Position numbers and translations under genes: made by a program. A DNA stretch of 64,000 bases from Octopus vulgaris (taxonomy: Eukaryota). The notes below the pieces were generated by a model, which was not told the origin of the DNA, ran no database searches, and worked only from the letters and a program-made list of their open reading frames with translations. Position 1 is the stretch's first letter; each line of letters begins with the position of its first letter. Positions 26,175 through 40,006 of this stretch are shown in pieces. The stretch spans positions 130,014,001 through 130,078,000 of the forward strand of contig OX597815.1 in NCBI GenBank assembly GCA_951406725.2. Reading direction: 5' to 3'.

Positions 26175-27062
26175 TAACAACGAAAATAACAACAACAGCA
26201 ACAATAATATTTTTCTCCATTTGCCACAAAAGCTCCAAAAACATATGATGCAGTACAAAGGATAAGGTACAACAGTCATCATGGAGATTTACATAGAAAG
26301 TGTGTAATTAGAAACATAACAAATATTTCTGTTAAATTCTAATGTTGACCAAGCTTTACGCACACCAGCAAATGTTCCGTATGCTGTTTTAATAAACTTA
26401 ATTTCGTTCTAATTTGTGTTGTGAATGACAGATTTTGTTTTTGCAGGTTGCGAAGCGGATCGACAGAGAAACGCTAGCGTCCTGCGATTCAATGATGTCA
26501 CTCACAGACACAAAAGCGAACGTGGTTTCACTCATGCTTTGGTGGAGAATTTTCTCTTGGGACCATCTCCACAACGAAAGCTCTTTTGATGTCCGAATAC
26601 ACTCGGAAGGGTTAAATACGAAAAAGCAAAAGCAAAAAACAAGCAAAAACAAACCCAAAATACACAAAGCAAAAGAACAAAAGGGATAACAAACAAGGAA
26701 AATTTCCAATAGGAGAAACGCTACCTTGGCTAAAGAAGGATTCCTACCTATTCCTGACTGGCCTGAACACCTAGGGCAAGTTCACACTCTCAAATGTCAT
26801 TTTCCAGCCTGAGAGTAGGCCTGTCACTCGGTCATATTCGCACTCTCACTTCTCAATAAAATTACGGAGACAGCACATAAAGCTTGGTTAACCTAGAATT
26901 TAATAGAAATATTTGTTGTGTTGCTGGTTACACACTTTCTATATAAATCACCATGTTTACAGTGTTGTACCTTATCCTTTGTACTGCATCATATGTTTTT
27001 GGGGCTTTTGTGGCAAATAGAGAAAATATTATTGTTATTGTTGTTGCTATTGTTGTTATTCT
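26175..27062. repeat. Inverted repeat of about 185 bp around a spacer of about 515 bp
   Basis: 26175-26360 (atttgccacaaaagctccaaaaacatatgatgcagtacaaaggataaggtacaaca) versus the reverse complement at 26875-27062. Confidence 0.85.
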
Positions 27063-27797
27063 CATGTTGCTCTTCAAGTGATGAGGGTTTCACCGAAGAA
27101 GAAATCTCGTGTTCAGTCTCAATGCATGTCTGCATATCATTAGCCACGGCACACTTTGGTAGCAAATGAACCGCCAGACCAATGAAACGCATCTTTTAAA
27201 CTAGAAACGAAAAACAAACGTTCCGATTTGGCTAGGCGAAAAATAGGGCAAGGTTCAATGGTCAGACAATAATATATAATGGAGTTGATGGATGCCTTTA
27301 GTACCTGTGTTCAATGATGCAGTTACCTCTTTATTTCTGAGTGACACTGAGTGAAACGAGTTGATGAAAGCTCCACCCAAACCAGATTACTATTAACCGT
27401 CTCCATGATGGATTGCATGAGTTGGGAGCTGTCCTGGATAGACTTGGTCGAGATTGTACGTATTTGCACTTTTCCAACTACAGTCTCAAAAACAAGCGCT
27501 AAATCTTTCTTTAGCACCTTTAACTCTGCATTCAGCACAGTTATGAACCGGAATTTGCCAATTACATACGCCTTCACCACTTCTATTACAATCTGGCTCA
27601 CAGGACATGGAATTTCTGTTTCTGCTGTCAGTTGCAGCTAACATTTGCCAAAATGTCGTCGAACAAGTCTGGCACACATGTGCACTGTCTTGCTTTATAT
27701 AATTCCCCATCTCTTAAATATAGAACTGTATTAAAGGCACAAGGCCTGAATTTTTTGTTGGGCTTCTGTAGATGACGTTATCTTATTATTATAAGCC

Positions 27798-27798
<1 letters not shown>

Positions 27799-27855
<57 letters not shown>

Positions 27856-27875
27856 TAATAATAATAATAATGATA
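27799..27875. repeat. (TAA)n microsatellite
   Basis: Direct read. Also 27981-28015 and 31420-31635 (with (TGA)n). Confidence 0.97.
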
Positions 27876-28009
27876 AAAATAAGTGCCTGGTGTACCCTTA
27901 TCAGACGGGTAGTCATGATGGGTATACTGGGCTTCGTATATTTTACCCCAGTGTCACTTTGATGGCATGCTCGCTCACTCAATAATAATAATAATAATAA
28001 TAAAAATAA

Positions 28010-31000
28010 TAATAAGCTAACGTACGAAGATACATTCTCAACACAAAAAAATATCAGAAATAGAAATAGAACATCTAAAGGAAAAAATACACCAGGAAAA
28101 TGTAGATAGAAGCCACACAACAATGCCCAATAATATAAACACTGAAACAGTAAAACACGACGACAAACGTAACATTCCCAACAAACACGATGTAAACAAA
28201 AAACAACAAACCCAGACACGACAAACAGCAAGCCAAAACACGGAAAACAAACATAAAAATAAGAAAGAAAGCGACACAAAGCTAAAACCTGGAAACAACG
28301 AAGGGGAGCCTAATGATTATGATAATATAAAAAGTAAAATAATCAAAGAACTGAAAACCACAGAGCTCAAAATGGACCACCGACCATACCTCACAAAAAT
28401 CAAAATAGACGAAACAACAACACCAATTATAAACAGCATAAACCTAGCCGTCACGGAACTAATAACCACTGAAACAAAAAGCGATATCACTGAGCTAAAT
28501 CACTTAGTATACGCAGCAGCCACTGCAGCCACAAAAGAAGCTGGATACTCTCTCAAACCCATCCAAACAGGAGTACCACCATCCAAACAAACCCCGTGGA
28601 TAAATAACATCCAAAACAAAATACAAAAAATGAGAAAAAATCTGTCGATTCTTAATGAAATCAGTAGACAATCAACGCTACTGAGCAACAAAAAGAAAAC
28701 AAAAATACTCCGCAAATATACCATCACAGAAAAAGATTTACCTGAGATAAAAGAAAAGCTGAAGCGAGATATCCTTGCCAAAGCACAAAGGATCCGCCGG
28801 TACGAGAAACGCCAGCGCTTTTTTGAACAAAACAAAAAGTTCAACTCCAACGCCAAAAAGTTCTACCAAGAACTTGGCAAAAATAAAATAGAAATCACTG
28901 CAGCACCAACAGCAGAAGAAGTGGAAGAATTCTGGAGAGAAATATGGTCGGCGAACGAACAACCAAAGAAAGGAGTAGTAAAACAACAAACTCAGCATCT
29001 GAGCAACTTTGGACCCCCATAACAACTGAAGAGGTCACCCAGGCACTGCAAAGACTAAGCAAATGGAAGGCACCTGGGCATAACAAGATCCCCAACTTCT
29101 GGTTGAAATATCTAACAGAAATGCACAAAAAGCTAGCTGAAAACTTTAACAACATACTAGCAGAGCCAGAGACAATGCCTGAATGGCTCACGAAGGGGAA
29201 AACCATCTTAATTCCCGAATCAAATGAGACAGCAAAACCAGAAAACTACAGACCAATAACCTGTCTCCCTACAATGTACAAGGCATTTACTGCAGTGATA
29301 TCGCAAAGGTTGAACAAGCACCTGGGCGAAAACAACCTGTTCCCAGAAGAGCAGAAAGGATGCCGCAAAGGCTCATATGGCTGTAAAGATCAACTAATGA
29401 TTAATAAAGCCATAACTGAAGACAGCCACAGAAAGAAGAAAGGCCTCAGTATGGCCTGGATCGACTACAAAAAGGCGTTTGATAGCATCCCCCACACAAG
29501 GTTCCTCGTAACACTAGCCATTAACAAAGTAGCAGCAACAATTATAAAATTCATAGGGCACTCTATGAATAAATGGCAAACAGTGCTACAGCTCCAAACA
29601 AAAGAGGGACTCATGAAAACCAAAGCCATCCCCATTAGAAGAGGAATATTCCAGGGAGACACGCTCTCTCCACTCCTTTTCTGCTTGGCACTGTCACCTC
29701 TATCTGATATGCTAAATAGAACTGGATGCGGATATAAATGTTACGGCAAAACGATCAGCCACCTTTTATATATGGATGACCTAAAACTATACGCTGCAAA
29801 TGACAAACAGCTGGAAACACTATTAAAGACAGTTCATGGATTTACCAAAGAAATAGAAATGAAAATTTGGATTATAAAAATGCGCCAAAGTAACCATGAA
29901 AAGAGGAAAACTAGTTAAGAGTAGTAACATCACACTAGATAAAACCAATGAAATAAAAGAATTAGACCAAAGCCAAACTTACAAATACTTAGGAATCCAT
30001 GAACTAGATAAGACACAACACACACAAATGAAAGAGAAAATAAAAAAAGAATATTATAGACGAGTTAGATCAATACTAAAAACAGAGCTCAATGCTAAAG
30101 ATAATAGGTATTAACACTTTAGCTGTCCCAGTTATAAGTTACAGCTACAATATCCTTAACTGGACACTAAATGAACTGACCAAAATAGATAGGAAAACAA
30201 GAAAAATAATGACATGATCTAGGATGCATCACCCAAAATCTGACATAGAAAGACTATATATACAACGTATAGAAGGTCGTAGAGGCCTTATACAGGTGGA
30301 AAACTACAACAAAATAACCACCATAGGACTGCAAAAATATCTACTTCAGAAGGAAGGAAAACTGATACAAATAGCGGCAAAACACGAGCAAAACAAAAAA
30401 CTGTTCTCAGTATTTAAGGAAGCTGACAAATACAAACAAGAAATCATACCACCTAATAAATATGAAGAAGAAGAAGAAGAGGATGAAGAAACAACAAAAG
30501 CTATAAAACAAATGAAATCCAAGCTAAAAATAGAACAGCAACGAACCATGATAAAACGATGGCAAGAAAAGCCCCTTCATGGTAAATACTGGACTAAACT
30601 AAACGCAAAAGAAATAGACAAAGAAAAATCCCAGCAATGGTTGAAAAGCTCAGGACTCAAAGTAGAGACAGAGGGATTTTTAATTACAACACAAGACCAA
30701 AGCCTCCCCACCAGAAATTACCAAAAACATGTAATGAAAAGAAATATAACAAGTAACTGCAGAATATGTGGAGATGGACAAGAAACAATAAATCATATTA
30801 TCTCTAGCTGCCCAGTCCTGGCTAAGAAGGAATATATTCACAGACGCGACAGAGTTGGGACCTATATACACTGGAAACCATGCCAACATTATGGAATAAC
30901 AACAGAAAAAAGATGGTATAGGCACACACCAGAAAAGGTCACAGAAAACGAGAAAGCAACCATACTCTGGGATATGCCAATACACACAGATAGAGAAATT

Positions 31001-31416
31001 AAGGCCAACAGACCAGATATAGTTGTCAGAGATCATGAAGAAAAGAAATGCTTTCTAATTGATGTATCAATACCAGCAGGATGACAATGTGTCTCTAAAA
31101 GAAATGGAGAAACTTTCAAAATACAAAAACCTGGAAATAGAGGTAACCAGAATGTGGAATCTAAAAACAGAAACAATTCCTATCATAGTAGGTGCATTAG
31201 GCATGATAAAAAAATATTCAGACAAATACATAACAAAAACACCAGGACCTACAAACACATATAACATACAGAAAATTGCCCTTCTAGGCACTGCACACAT
31301 CCTACGCAGAACACTTTCCATACAATAACCATCAGAGCATCACAACAAATCACAGCACATACCTAAGGCACACAGAGCTGGTAGTGAAGTGAAAGCACGC
31401 TATAAAAATAAAACTA

Positions 31417-31420
<4 letters not shown>
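28010..31420 (+). mobile_element. R4/Dong-clade non-LTR retrotransposon (RT + CCHC + restriction-like endonuclease), 5'-truncated and frameshifted
   Basis: RT motifs WKAPGHNKI, ENYRPITCLPTMYK, WIDYKKAFDSIPH, RRGIFQGDTLSPLLF and YMDDLKLYA. Zinc knuckle CRIC..ETINHIISSC. RLE motif RPDIVV...LIDVSIP...EKLSKY. Split over ORFs 28123-29022, 28944-29918, 29896-30114, 30224-31084 and 31059-31328. Flanked by (TAA)n on both sides. Confidence 0.93.
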
Positions 31421-31485
<65 letters not shown>

Positions 31486-31542
31486 CGACTCTGCCAACTC
31501 GCCGCCTTAATAATAATAATGATGATGATGATGATAATAATC

Positions 31543-31635
<93 letters not shown>

Positions 31636-31875
31636 GTCACTCCTGTCGACTTCGACTTATGAGTCCTTGAAGGGAAGGATTCAAAGGGAAAAAAATGGTT
31701 AAAAGCAGAAGCTGCCTCTTTTTGTGATGGATGCGTGAATGTAATTTGAGTCCAGGTATGGATTTTACTATGAAGTCACAATGGGGACGATGATGATTTT
31801 GCTTGGAGTTTTATATGGATTCTGAAAAGATATTTGACACTGATATTTTCTTTCATTCCTCTTCATTCTCTCAAG

Positions 31876-32067
31876 GTAAATATGGTTCCACTGCAAATAT
31901 TTGGAGTAGTGTTTGGCGTTATTGGAGCTTTTCTAGTCGTTGCCATATTTTTACTGTGTCGTGCAGTCCGGCGGAAGAAAGGAGAATTACTAAGTCCATC
32001 TTACCGAGCTATAGGAGATTACAACCCAGCTATGACCTCGTTATCCATCTCTTCTGGATCGAATCAG
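31876..32067 (+). CDS. Host gene exon encoding an N-terminal single transmembrane segment (type III membrane protein, synaptotagmin-like topology)
   Basis: Pyrimidine tract ttcctcttcattctctcaAG acceptor (31874-75) and ATG at 31882. Reads MVPLQIFGVVFGVIGAFLVVAIFLLCRAVRRKKGELLSPSYRAIGDYNPAMTSLSISSGSNQ: about 20 hydrophobic residues, then Cys and a basic RRKK. Donor CAG|GTAAGA at 32068, phase 0. Confidence 0.75.
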
Positions 32068-32234
32068 GTAAGAGGCGTGTATATTTTATCGTTTACGACA
32101 CACACTTATATATATATATATGTGTGTCTGTGTGTGTGTGTATGCTTGTGTGTATATATGTATACTTATATATATATATGTGTGTGTATATATGTGTGGG
32201 TGTATATATATATATATATTTGTATGTAATATAT

Positions 32235-32585
32235 GTGTGGTAAGTAGCTTGCTAACCAACCACACGGTTGCGGGTTCAGTCCCACTGCGTGGCATCTTGG
32301 GCAAGTGTCTTCTGCTATAGCCCCGGGCCGACCAATGCCTTGTGAGTGGATTTGGTAGACGGAAACTGAAAGAAGCCTGTCGTATATATATATATGTATA
32401 TGTGTGTGTGTTTGTGTGTCTGTGTTTGTCCCCCTAGCATTGCTTGACAACCGATGCTGGTGTGTTTAGGTCCCCGTCACTTAGCGGTTCGGCAAAAAGA
32501 GACCGATAGAATAAGTACTAAAAGGTGGTGCTCCAGCATGGCCGCAGTCAAATGACTGAAACAAGTAAAAGAGTAAAAGAGAGAG
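32235..32585 (+). mobile_element. SINE family A
   Basis: Nearly identical to 11950-12362, with a short internal deletion before the tail. Confidence 0.9.
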
Positions 32586-32599
32586 TATATATGTATGTA

Positions 32600-33195
32600 T
32601 ATAAGGAAAAATAAGAAAATGGAGATAACATTGATAATTGATAAGCATTTATTATTATTTATTGATTACAAAAAAAGACAATATCTCATCTAACAGCTGT
32701 TTCTGTTTGCGCTATTTTGGACATAATCAGGCTTAATTATTACAATAATAATAATTATCACTGTTAATTACCTAACCAAAATACTCCAACAGTTTTATAC
32801 ATTTAACTTACGCCGGTAGTAGCCTTCTCTCCCGTAAATAGGCATGCACCACTAATTATTATAACAATTTTAATTGTATAACTAAATTTTTCAGTCGGTC
32901 GAAAGGTTTTCAGAAAGGATAGCATGTAACATCAATTGGTATACCCATATTTTCTCTTTTTCTTTTCTATTCCTTTATTTTTCCACTTTGATGAAACTCC
33001 ATTATTTAAGTTGGTATAATTATTAAAAGTGATAATTATTACTATTGTAACAATTAAGCCTGATTATGCCCAAATTAGCGCGAACAGAAACAACTGTTAG
33101 ATGAGATATTATCATTTTTCGTAATCAATGAATAATAATTGATGTTTATCAATTATCAATTTTTAACTTCATTTTCTTATTTTTCCTTAAATATA
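32600..33195. repeat. Inverted repeat with arms of about 180 bp, probably a Penelope-type terminal repeat
   Basis: 32600-32780 versus 33005-33195 (aatatctcatctaacagctgtttctgtttgcgcta / tagcgcgaacagaaacaactgttagatgagatatt). Contains GAAAC-agct-GTT. Confidence 0.8.
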
Positions 33196-33343
33196 AGACA
33201 AACTTCGGTTTATTCATTTCCTCACCTATTATTTATGAGGATTAATACAAAAACTCATAATCACATATAGGTAATACGCTAGTAATTCATTAGATATAAA
33301 TATCCCTTTGACAGTATTTATAACCTCTAATTGAACTCACCTT

Positions 33344-33410
<67 letters not shown>

Positions 33411-33475
33411 ATATATATATATATGTATGTATGTATGTATGTATATATATATATATATATGTATATATATTCTAG

Positions 33476-34795
33476 TAGTTTCAGCTGTGGCCATGCTGGG
33501 GCGCCGCCATTTTGCTACGCTGTTATTCTAACGTATGGTATTTGCTGAACAAGGGACTTTGATGTCGCTACCCTCGTTTGCCGCGAGGTAGGAACATCTG
33601 GGACTCTCGACAAAGAGAGATCCAGTTTTGATTTGAAAACACCTACATCCACTTTGTGTGACTCCCTCATGCTCGTTGGGAGAGTATTAAAAAGCTGTAG
33701 GCCTCTGAAACCCAGGCTGTTGTAGTTACTGGTACTGAAGCACAATGACATTGCTGGGATCTTTAGTACTGTGCAGTGTCGACCCATTCTGGCATCTGTG
33801 TAGCTTTCATTGCCGAAATTTGGCACCGTCACTTCCAGGATCTCCCAGATGTATATTACTGCATATCTCTCCCGCCTTCGCTCCAGGGAGTACAGGTTTA
33901 GCTGGTTCAGCCTTTCCCAGTAGCTGAACTGTTGCAATGAGACAATCTTCTTTGTGAAGATTCGTTGGATTGCTTCAAGATTCTCTGTTAATTTTACACT
34001 GTGGGGTGACAATAGCTGCGACCAATAATCCAGGCGGCTGAGGACGAATGTCGACCTGAGGACCATCATAGTTTCTTTTTCTCTTGTTCTGAAGGTTTTC
34101 AGGATCCAGCCAGCCAGTCGTCTGCACTTTGTCGCCATCCTGGTAATGTGCACTTGGAAAGAAGTATTATCACTCAAATCGACACCCAGGTCCCGTACTG
34201 ATTTAGGCTCTGGGATTGTAATACCCCGTGGGCCAGTGTACCCTGTAAGTTATATATCCAGTTTTGGGCGCAGGTAGCGCAGGGCTCGGAATTTTCCAGC
34301 ATTAAACTGCATATTATTGTCCTCCGCCCATCTGTAAATTGAGTCCAACTCCTGCGGCAGGTGTGCAACATCGCTGGGGTTCTATATTTTCTGCGAGACT
34401 TTCGTATCGTCTGCGTAGCTAGCAAGGGTGGCTATCCGGGAAGCTGAGGGCATATTTGAGAGGACCACTATGAAAAGCACTATGAAAAGACAGTGCCCTG
34501 CTAACACCACTCATTATTTGTGTTTTCTTTGAGGTGGCTTTATTAGCCACCACTGCCTGACTTCTATCTTTCAGAAAGTCATGTAACCACTCTCCGAGTT
34601 TTCCAGCCATGCCAAGATCACGCAGTGTGTGGCATATCATACCATGATACACTTTATCAAAAGCTTTTGTAAAGTTAAGTTATATTATGTCCACATTTGA
34701 GCTTTTGAGTAACTGCCTCAACACCCAGTCATAGTGCTGTAAGAGCTGGCTCAGGCAGCTCCTACCAGGTCGAGAGCCATATTGGGTATCACTCA
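33476..34795 (-). mobile_element. CR1/L2-group LINE, 3' part of ORF2 plus 3' tail
   Basis: YGSRPGRSCLSQLL, NFTKAFDKV, LGEWLHDFLKDRSQAV, SYADDTK, and ORF 33515-34177 SRLDYWSQLLSPH..LEAIQR..YWERLNQLNLYSLERRRER. Tail ggcggcgccccagcatggccacagctgaaac. Confidence 0.88.
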
Positions 34796-34812
34796 GCGAT
34801 ATTTTGTATATA

Positions 34813-35046
34813 AAGGCGGCGAGTTGGCAGAAATGTTAGCACACCGAGCGAAATGCGTAGCCGTATTTAGTCTGCCGTTACGTTCTGAGTTCAAATTCCG
34901 CCGAGGTCGACTTTGCCTTTCATCCTTTCGGGGTCGATAAATTAAGTACCAGTTACGCACTGGGATCGATGTAATCGACTTCATCCGTTTGTATGTCCTT
35001 GTTTGTCCCCTCTGTGTTTAGCCCCTTGTGGGTAGTAAAGAAATAG
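34813..35046 (+). mobile_element. SINE family B
   Basis: Same core as 9152. Flanking direct repeat gatat.ttgtatataaagg. Confidence 0.9.
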
Positions 35047-36017
35047 ATATATTGTATATAAAGGATTCAGAACATTGCATTGAAAACCAGCTAGCGAAGA
35101 ATCTACGTGGTTAAACTAGTAGTAACATTCAACTGCCACTTTTATGTGGAAATTCGCTTTACTGTTCAGTATACTCTACTACTCTATCTCCTCTTGAGAT
35201 TTTATAGCTAGCTAGTTTGGGTTGCTTGAATATTAAGTATTTATGGAACATTTATTTACTGTCGAGTGATTTTTGACCAACTCTGTATATACATGCACAT
35301 ACAAGCACATACATACATACATACATACATACATACATACATACATACATACATAAGACGGCGATCTGGCAGAATCGTTAGCATACCGGGCATAATTCGT
35401 GCGTCTTCATGTTCTTAGTTTCAAGAACACCGGCTTTCATTCTTTCAGGGTCGATAAATTAAGTATCAGTGACACACAGGAGTTGATCTAATAGACTAGT
35501 CTCTTCCCCCAAAATTTCAGGCCTTGTGCAGGATCATTCAGGAAATTTCAGGATCATTATTACTGTTAAAAACTGATCGATTTAACACCAGCTGACTTAG
35601 TTTCCTAGGCTTCTTACTTAAGCTTAGCTTGTCGGACTCTGTTAACCGACTCTGTCCATCTGTCTGCTTATCTGTCTGTGTCCTTTTTGTTTTTAACTCT
35701 CTTACTCTTTTACTGATTTCAGTCATTATATCTCGGCGATTAAATTTCTTTAATCGATCAAATCATACCCAGTAATTCTTTTAATTCCGATAGTTATGTT
35801 ATCGACCTGGTTTTGTTCACCCGCTAAGGTACGTCGACGTCATCAAATCAATATTCTTTGACAAGCTACAACGAGCTTGCACAAACATGCACACTAGGAT
35901 ACACACACGCACGTACGCAAATGTACACACACGCGCGCGCGCACACACATATCTATGTATGTATGTATGTATGTATGTATGTATGTATGTATGTATGTAT
36001 GTATGTATGTGTGTATG

Positions 36018-36071
<54 letters not shown>

Positions 36072-36083
36072 TATATATATATC

Positions 36084-36120
36084 CTTTCTGTTGAAGAGCG
36101 TAGGCTCGAAACGCAAAAGA
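36084..36120 (+). ncRNA. Minimal hammerhead-like motif (degenerate core)
   Basis: ttt CTGTTGA a gagc-gtag-gctc GAAAC GCA aaag, within a 140-bp unit bounded by (TA)n. A truncated relative lies at 43110-43140. Confidence 0.5.
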
Positions 36121-36206
36121 CTTTTTCATTTTTTCCGAGCATCAAACTAATACACTTGCTTGTTGTTCATACACCTGTCTTCATCTTTTGCTTTTCTAAA
36201 AATTTC

Positions 36207-36253
<47 letters not shown>

Positions 36254-37883
36254 ATGCTTTACTAGAAGACACTTTGTCGAGGGTACTGCGCCGTGAGTCT
36301 AAACTCAAAGAGTTATGTGGTTTGCGAAATGATCTTCTACCTGGCGGTATTTGTTCAAAATGTCAGTGCTTCAAGTTCAGGTCCCATCGAACTCATTTTT
36401 GTCTTTCATCATCACGCGGTCAATAAATAAGAACCAATCCTGGTCAGTGGAATTGCAGAATTATTAGAGTATCGTGCCAAATACCTGTGGTTCGGCTCTT
36501 TGTGTTTCACCAGCAGCACTTGCGACTATACAGGCTTGATGCTGCATCGGCTCAAATGGGTGGCCTTTTTCTTGGATAACATCAGCCATGGAGTGGAGAG
36601 AAAAGTCATGCATTCATGCGTGACTGCTGCTCTTCTTACAAGAGAATCTTTTCTTGGCAAGGCCTGCACATATCTGTGAAGATGTTTGGCCATGTTTGAC
36701 CTTTGCTTCGACTTTGTTATTGCAACTTATACGACTAGTACAAACTAGTCGGTGTAGACCCCACTTAAGCAGATACTCTCACAACGATTTGTGATTTATA
36801 CCATCATCATCTAATAAAACAATGACTATGTGCTTATGTGAAAAAAACAACTTTTTGTAAAGATTCTGCGAAGCCCGCAGAGATAAAAAAACCATCTGCA
36901 AATGGTTCACTCTAAAAGAAAAAAGAAAAATCTCAATTTCTTATGGCACTGAAAGAAAAGATTACAAGACGGCCAAAAATAACATTTCTTTTTATTTTAG
37001 GAATTTATACGATAAGGGTCACTATGTGTGATGCGGATGTAGTTTACTTGTACAAAGACATACATAAATGGAAATTGAACTCAATACCAAGTGATGTGAC
37101 AATTCCCTTAACACTATAAACACTTTCTACCCCAAACTTTTCCAACTTCTGTGGCTATTTATGTTTTGCATTTGTTTCACAATGCTTAATATAATAGTTT
37201 TCTAAATTTGATGAAGGGCCCTGCCTAAATCCTCCTATGTTTCCTCTTCCTTGCAGCAAAGAAATATGTAAAAAGGTTTGTCGGTTTGCCTCAAGGTCCC
37301 AGCAGATGATATGGAAAAGGCGTTGCCCCAGACAATATGGAAAAGGCGTTGCCCCGGAGGATGGCGAGGGAGATGTACTGGAATAGCAACTCAGATCCTC
37401 GGAGCTCGCACTTGAGAATAGCCGTTTCCACCCCAATAAGTTATCATCGATTCCATGAAGGGATCAATAATAGAAGTTTGCCGAACCTTGGCAAACACCT
37501 TACACCTGTGACACAATTTTTTAAAGATGAAATAACATTTTTTCGCGACATATTTAATTAAGCTTTGTTACCAACACATTCGTAAGTTTTGCTAGCGATA
37601 CGAAATTAACGAAATTAATTAATTATACAATTAAATATTACAGTTACGTGTATATTTGTAGGCAGAGTTATCAGATTTTAAATATAGTTCACAGTCAAAT
37701 ATTGATAAAGATTGATGGGATTTGATTTAATTCCGCGACACATTTAGAGATTATCGGTGGCACACTAAAGTGTCGTCATGGCACACAGTTCGGAAACTTG
37801 TATGAATCGACATCTACCCACCTCTACTTTGCTTCCTCTTTCCTTTCCTTTTCATTGCAGCTGTCGATGCCACTAATACTAAT

Positions 37884-37979
37884 TCTTCTTCTTCTTCTTC
37901 TTCTTCTTCTTCTTCTTCTTCTTCTTCTTCTTCTTCTTCTTCTTCTTCTTCTTCTTCTTCTTCTTCTTCTTCTTCTTCT
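37884..37979. repeat. (CTT)n microsatellite
   Basis: Direct read. Confidence 0.97.
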
Positions 37980-39395
37980 CCTGGGCATACGTTTTGAGGC
38001 AGCAGAAGGTCGTGTAATTGTAAGTTAAAAAGATTAAAACCAAATGAGAGAACGTATCTTTGTTTCATTTCGTTTAGGAAGTAGCAAATTTTAAACATGA
38101 TATTGTTGTTGCTGTACAGACTTGCAGACCTAAGAGGCTATTTTGCTTACCGGATTTTTTTGTTGCTTACCAGTGTTTTGTACCGTTGTTGGTGTTATTG
38201 GGCCAAATCAATGCTTCATCGAAGACGTTTTAACCACACCATTTTTGTTAGTGTTGTTGGTCCAAATCAACGCTTGATCGAAGAGGTTTTAACCTCACCG
38301 TTTTTAAAGGGATATCTTTAAGGCTACTTTATATTGTGTTTCCTGTTGTATTTAAGACGGCTGCGTTCGATTTAAAGGAGATTTCACTTGGAACTCTACC
38401 ACACCGAAAACACCCGCAAGGATTCCTTCGTAAGATAAGGAAGCCCCAGGTAAACATAGCAAAAGTAAATTTTACTTAGCAGGAGAGAAGACAGAACTCT
38501 GTGCGTGCGTGCGTGTATGTATGCACGCATGTATGTATGTACTTAACCGCTTTCCGAAATAAGCAATAATCGTACACTTCATTCCAATGGGTCGAGGAAG
38601 CTATGGGCTGTTGTGTAAGCACTCAGCTCTGAAAGTATTGCCTCGTATAGCAGAAACAACGGTAAGTTAATGAATGGGATTACATAACTCCCATTCTTTT
38701 GTTAAACGTAAATTTGTATTAAGCCCGTGTCCTGAAAATCGAAGAAATCGACCTCAGGATTTATTGTTTGTAAGCCTAGTACTTATTCTATCGACTCTTT
38801 TGCTGAACTACTAAGTTACGGGGATGTAAATACATCGGTTCTTTCAGTTTTCGTCTACGAAATTCACGTACAAAGCTTTGGTCGACTCGAGGCTATAGCA
38901 GAAGACACTTGACCAAGGTTCCACGCACGCAGGGACATATACGTATTTTTATTTTTCGAGTGAAGTGGAAGTACGAAATAGTAACAATGTGATATTCAAT
39001 GCAGAAGAGTTCTCAAAGAGAAATAAGGCAGAATAGTAATGTTTGTGTGTTTATGTAGGCAGGTGTGTGTGTATGTGTGTGTGTGTGTGTGCGTGTGTGT
39101 GTGTGCGTGTGTGTGTGTGCATACATGTTTGGTGAATGTGTATGTTTATTGCATTGTAGCGGTGGTTGTGTGTAATGTGAGTGCTAGAAAATAGCGCGCG
39201 CACGCGAGTGTGTATTTGACGTGTATGCGTATGTGTCAGTGTTAATAATAGTTGTGTGTGTGTGTATATGAGAATGTTGAGTGAATGAACTTGCCAGCTG
39301 TCGTAAGTGATAATTTACGTGGGTGTTTATTTTATGTAGATAAGCATGTGTGTGTGTGTGTGCGTGTGTGTGTAAGTGTGCGTGTGTGTGTGTGA

Positions 39396-39720
39396 AGGTG
39401 CGTGGCTTAGCGGTTAGGGTATTTGACACACGATCGTAAGATCATGAGTTCAATACATGGCGACGCGTTGTGTCCTTGAGCTAGACAGTTTATTTCACAT
39501 TGCTCCTGTCTACTCAGCTCGCAAAAAATGAGTTGTACCTGTATTTCAGAGGGTCAGCCTTCTCAAATTATCTGATTCACGCTGAATCTCCCCGGGTACT
39601 ACGTTAAGGGTACACGTGATCTGTGGAGTGTTCAAGCACTTGCACGTTAATTTCACGAGCACGCTGTTCCGTTGATCGGATTAACCAGAACCCTCACCTT
39701 CGTAATCGGCGGAGAGCCAA
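39396..39720 (+). mobile_element. SINE family C (tRNA head, gtgtccttgagc.agaca central domain)
   Basis: gtggcttagcggttagg A box, gagttcaatac B box, and central ttgtgtccttgagctagacagtttatttcacattgctcc. A related piece lies at 9565-9780. Confidence 0.7.
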
Positions 39721-39775
39721 TTTTATTAGAGTCAATAGTATGCATGTGAATGTTGAATATGACATAGGCCAGCTG

Positions 39776-39840
<65 letters not shown>

Positions 39841-40006
39841 TGTGTGTTTATGTGTATGTGTGTGTGTGTCTGTTATTTGTTTAGTATATATCGACACTGT
39901 GTGTTTGTGTGTGTGTGTAAGTGTATGTGATGTAGATATATGTTTATGTAGTGTACGCGTCTATATCTGGTGGGTGTTTGTTAATGCGTCAATATTAGAT
40001 GTGTGT

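Noticed and set aside
37311-37356. 21-bp direct repeat atatggaaaaggcgttgcccc (and similar pairs at 2395-2440)
   Set aside because: Only two units with a spacer of at most 5 bp, so a local slippage duplication. It is not a CRISPR array, and the context is eukaryotic.
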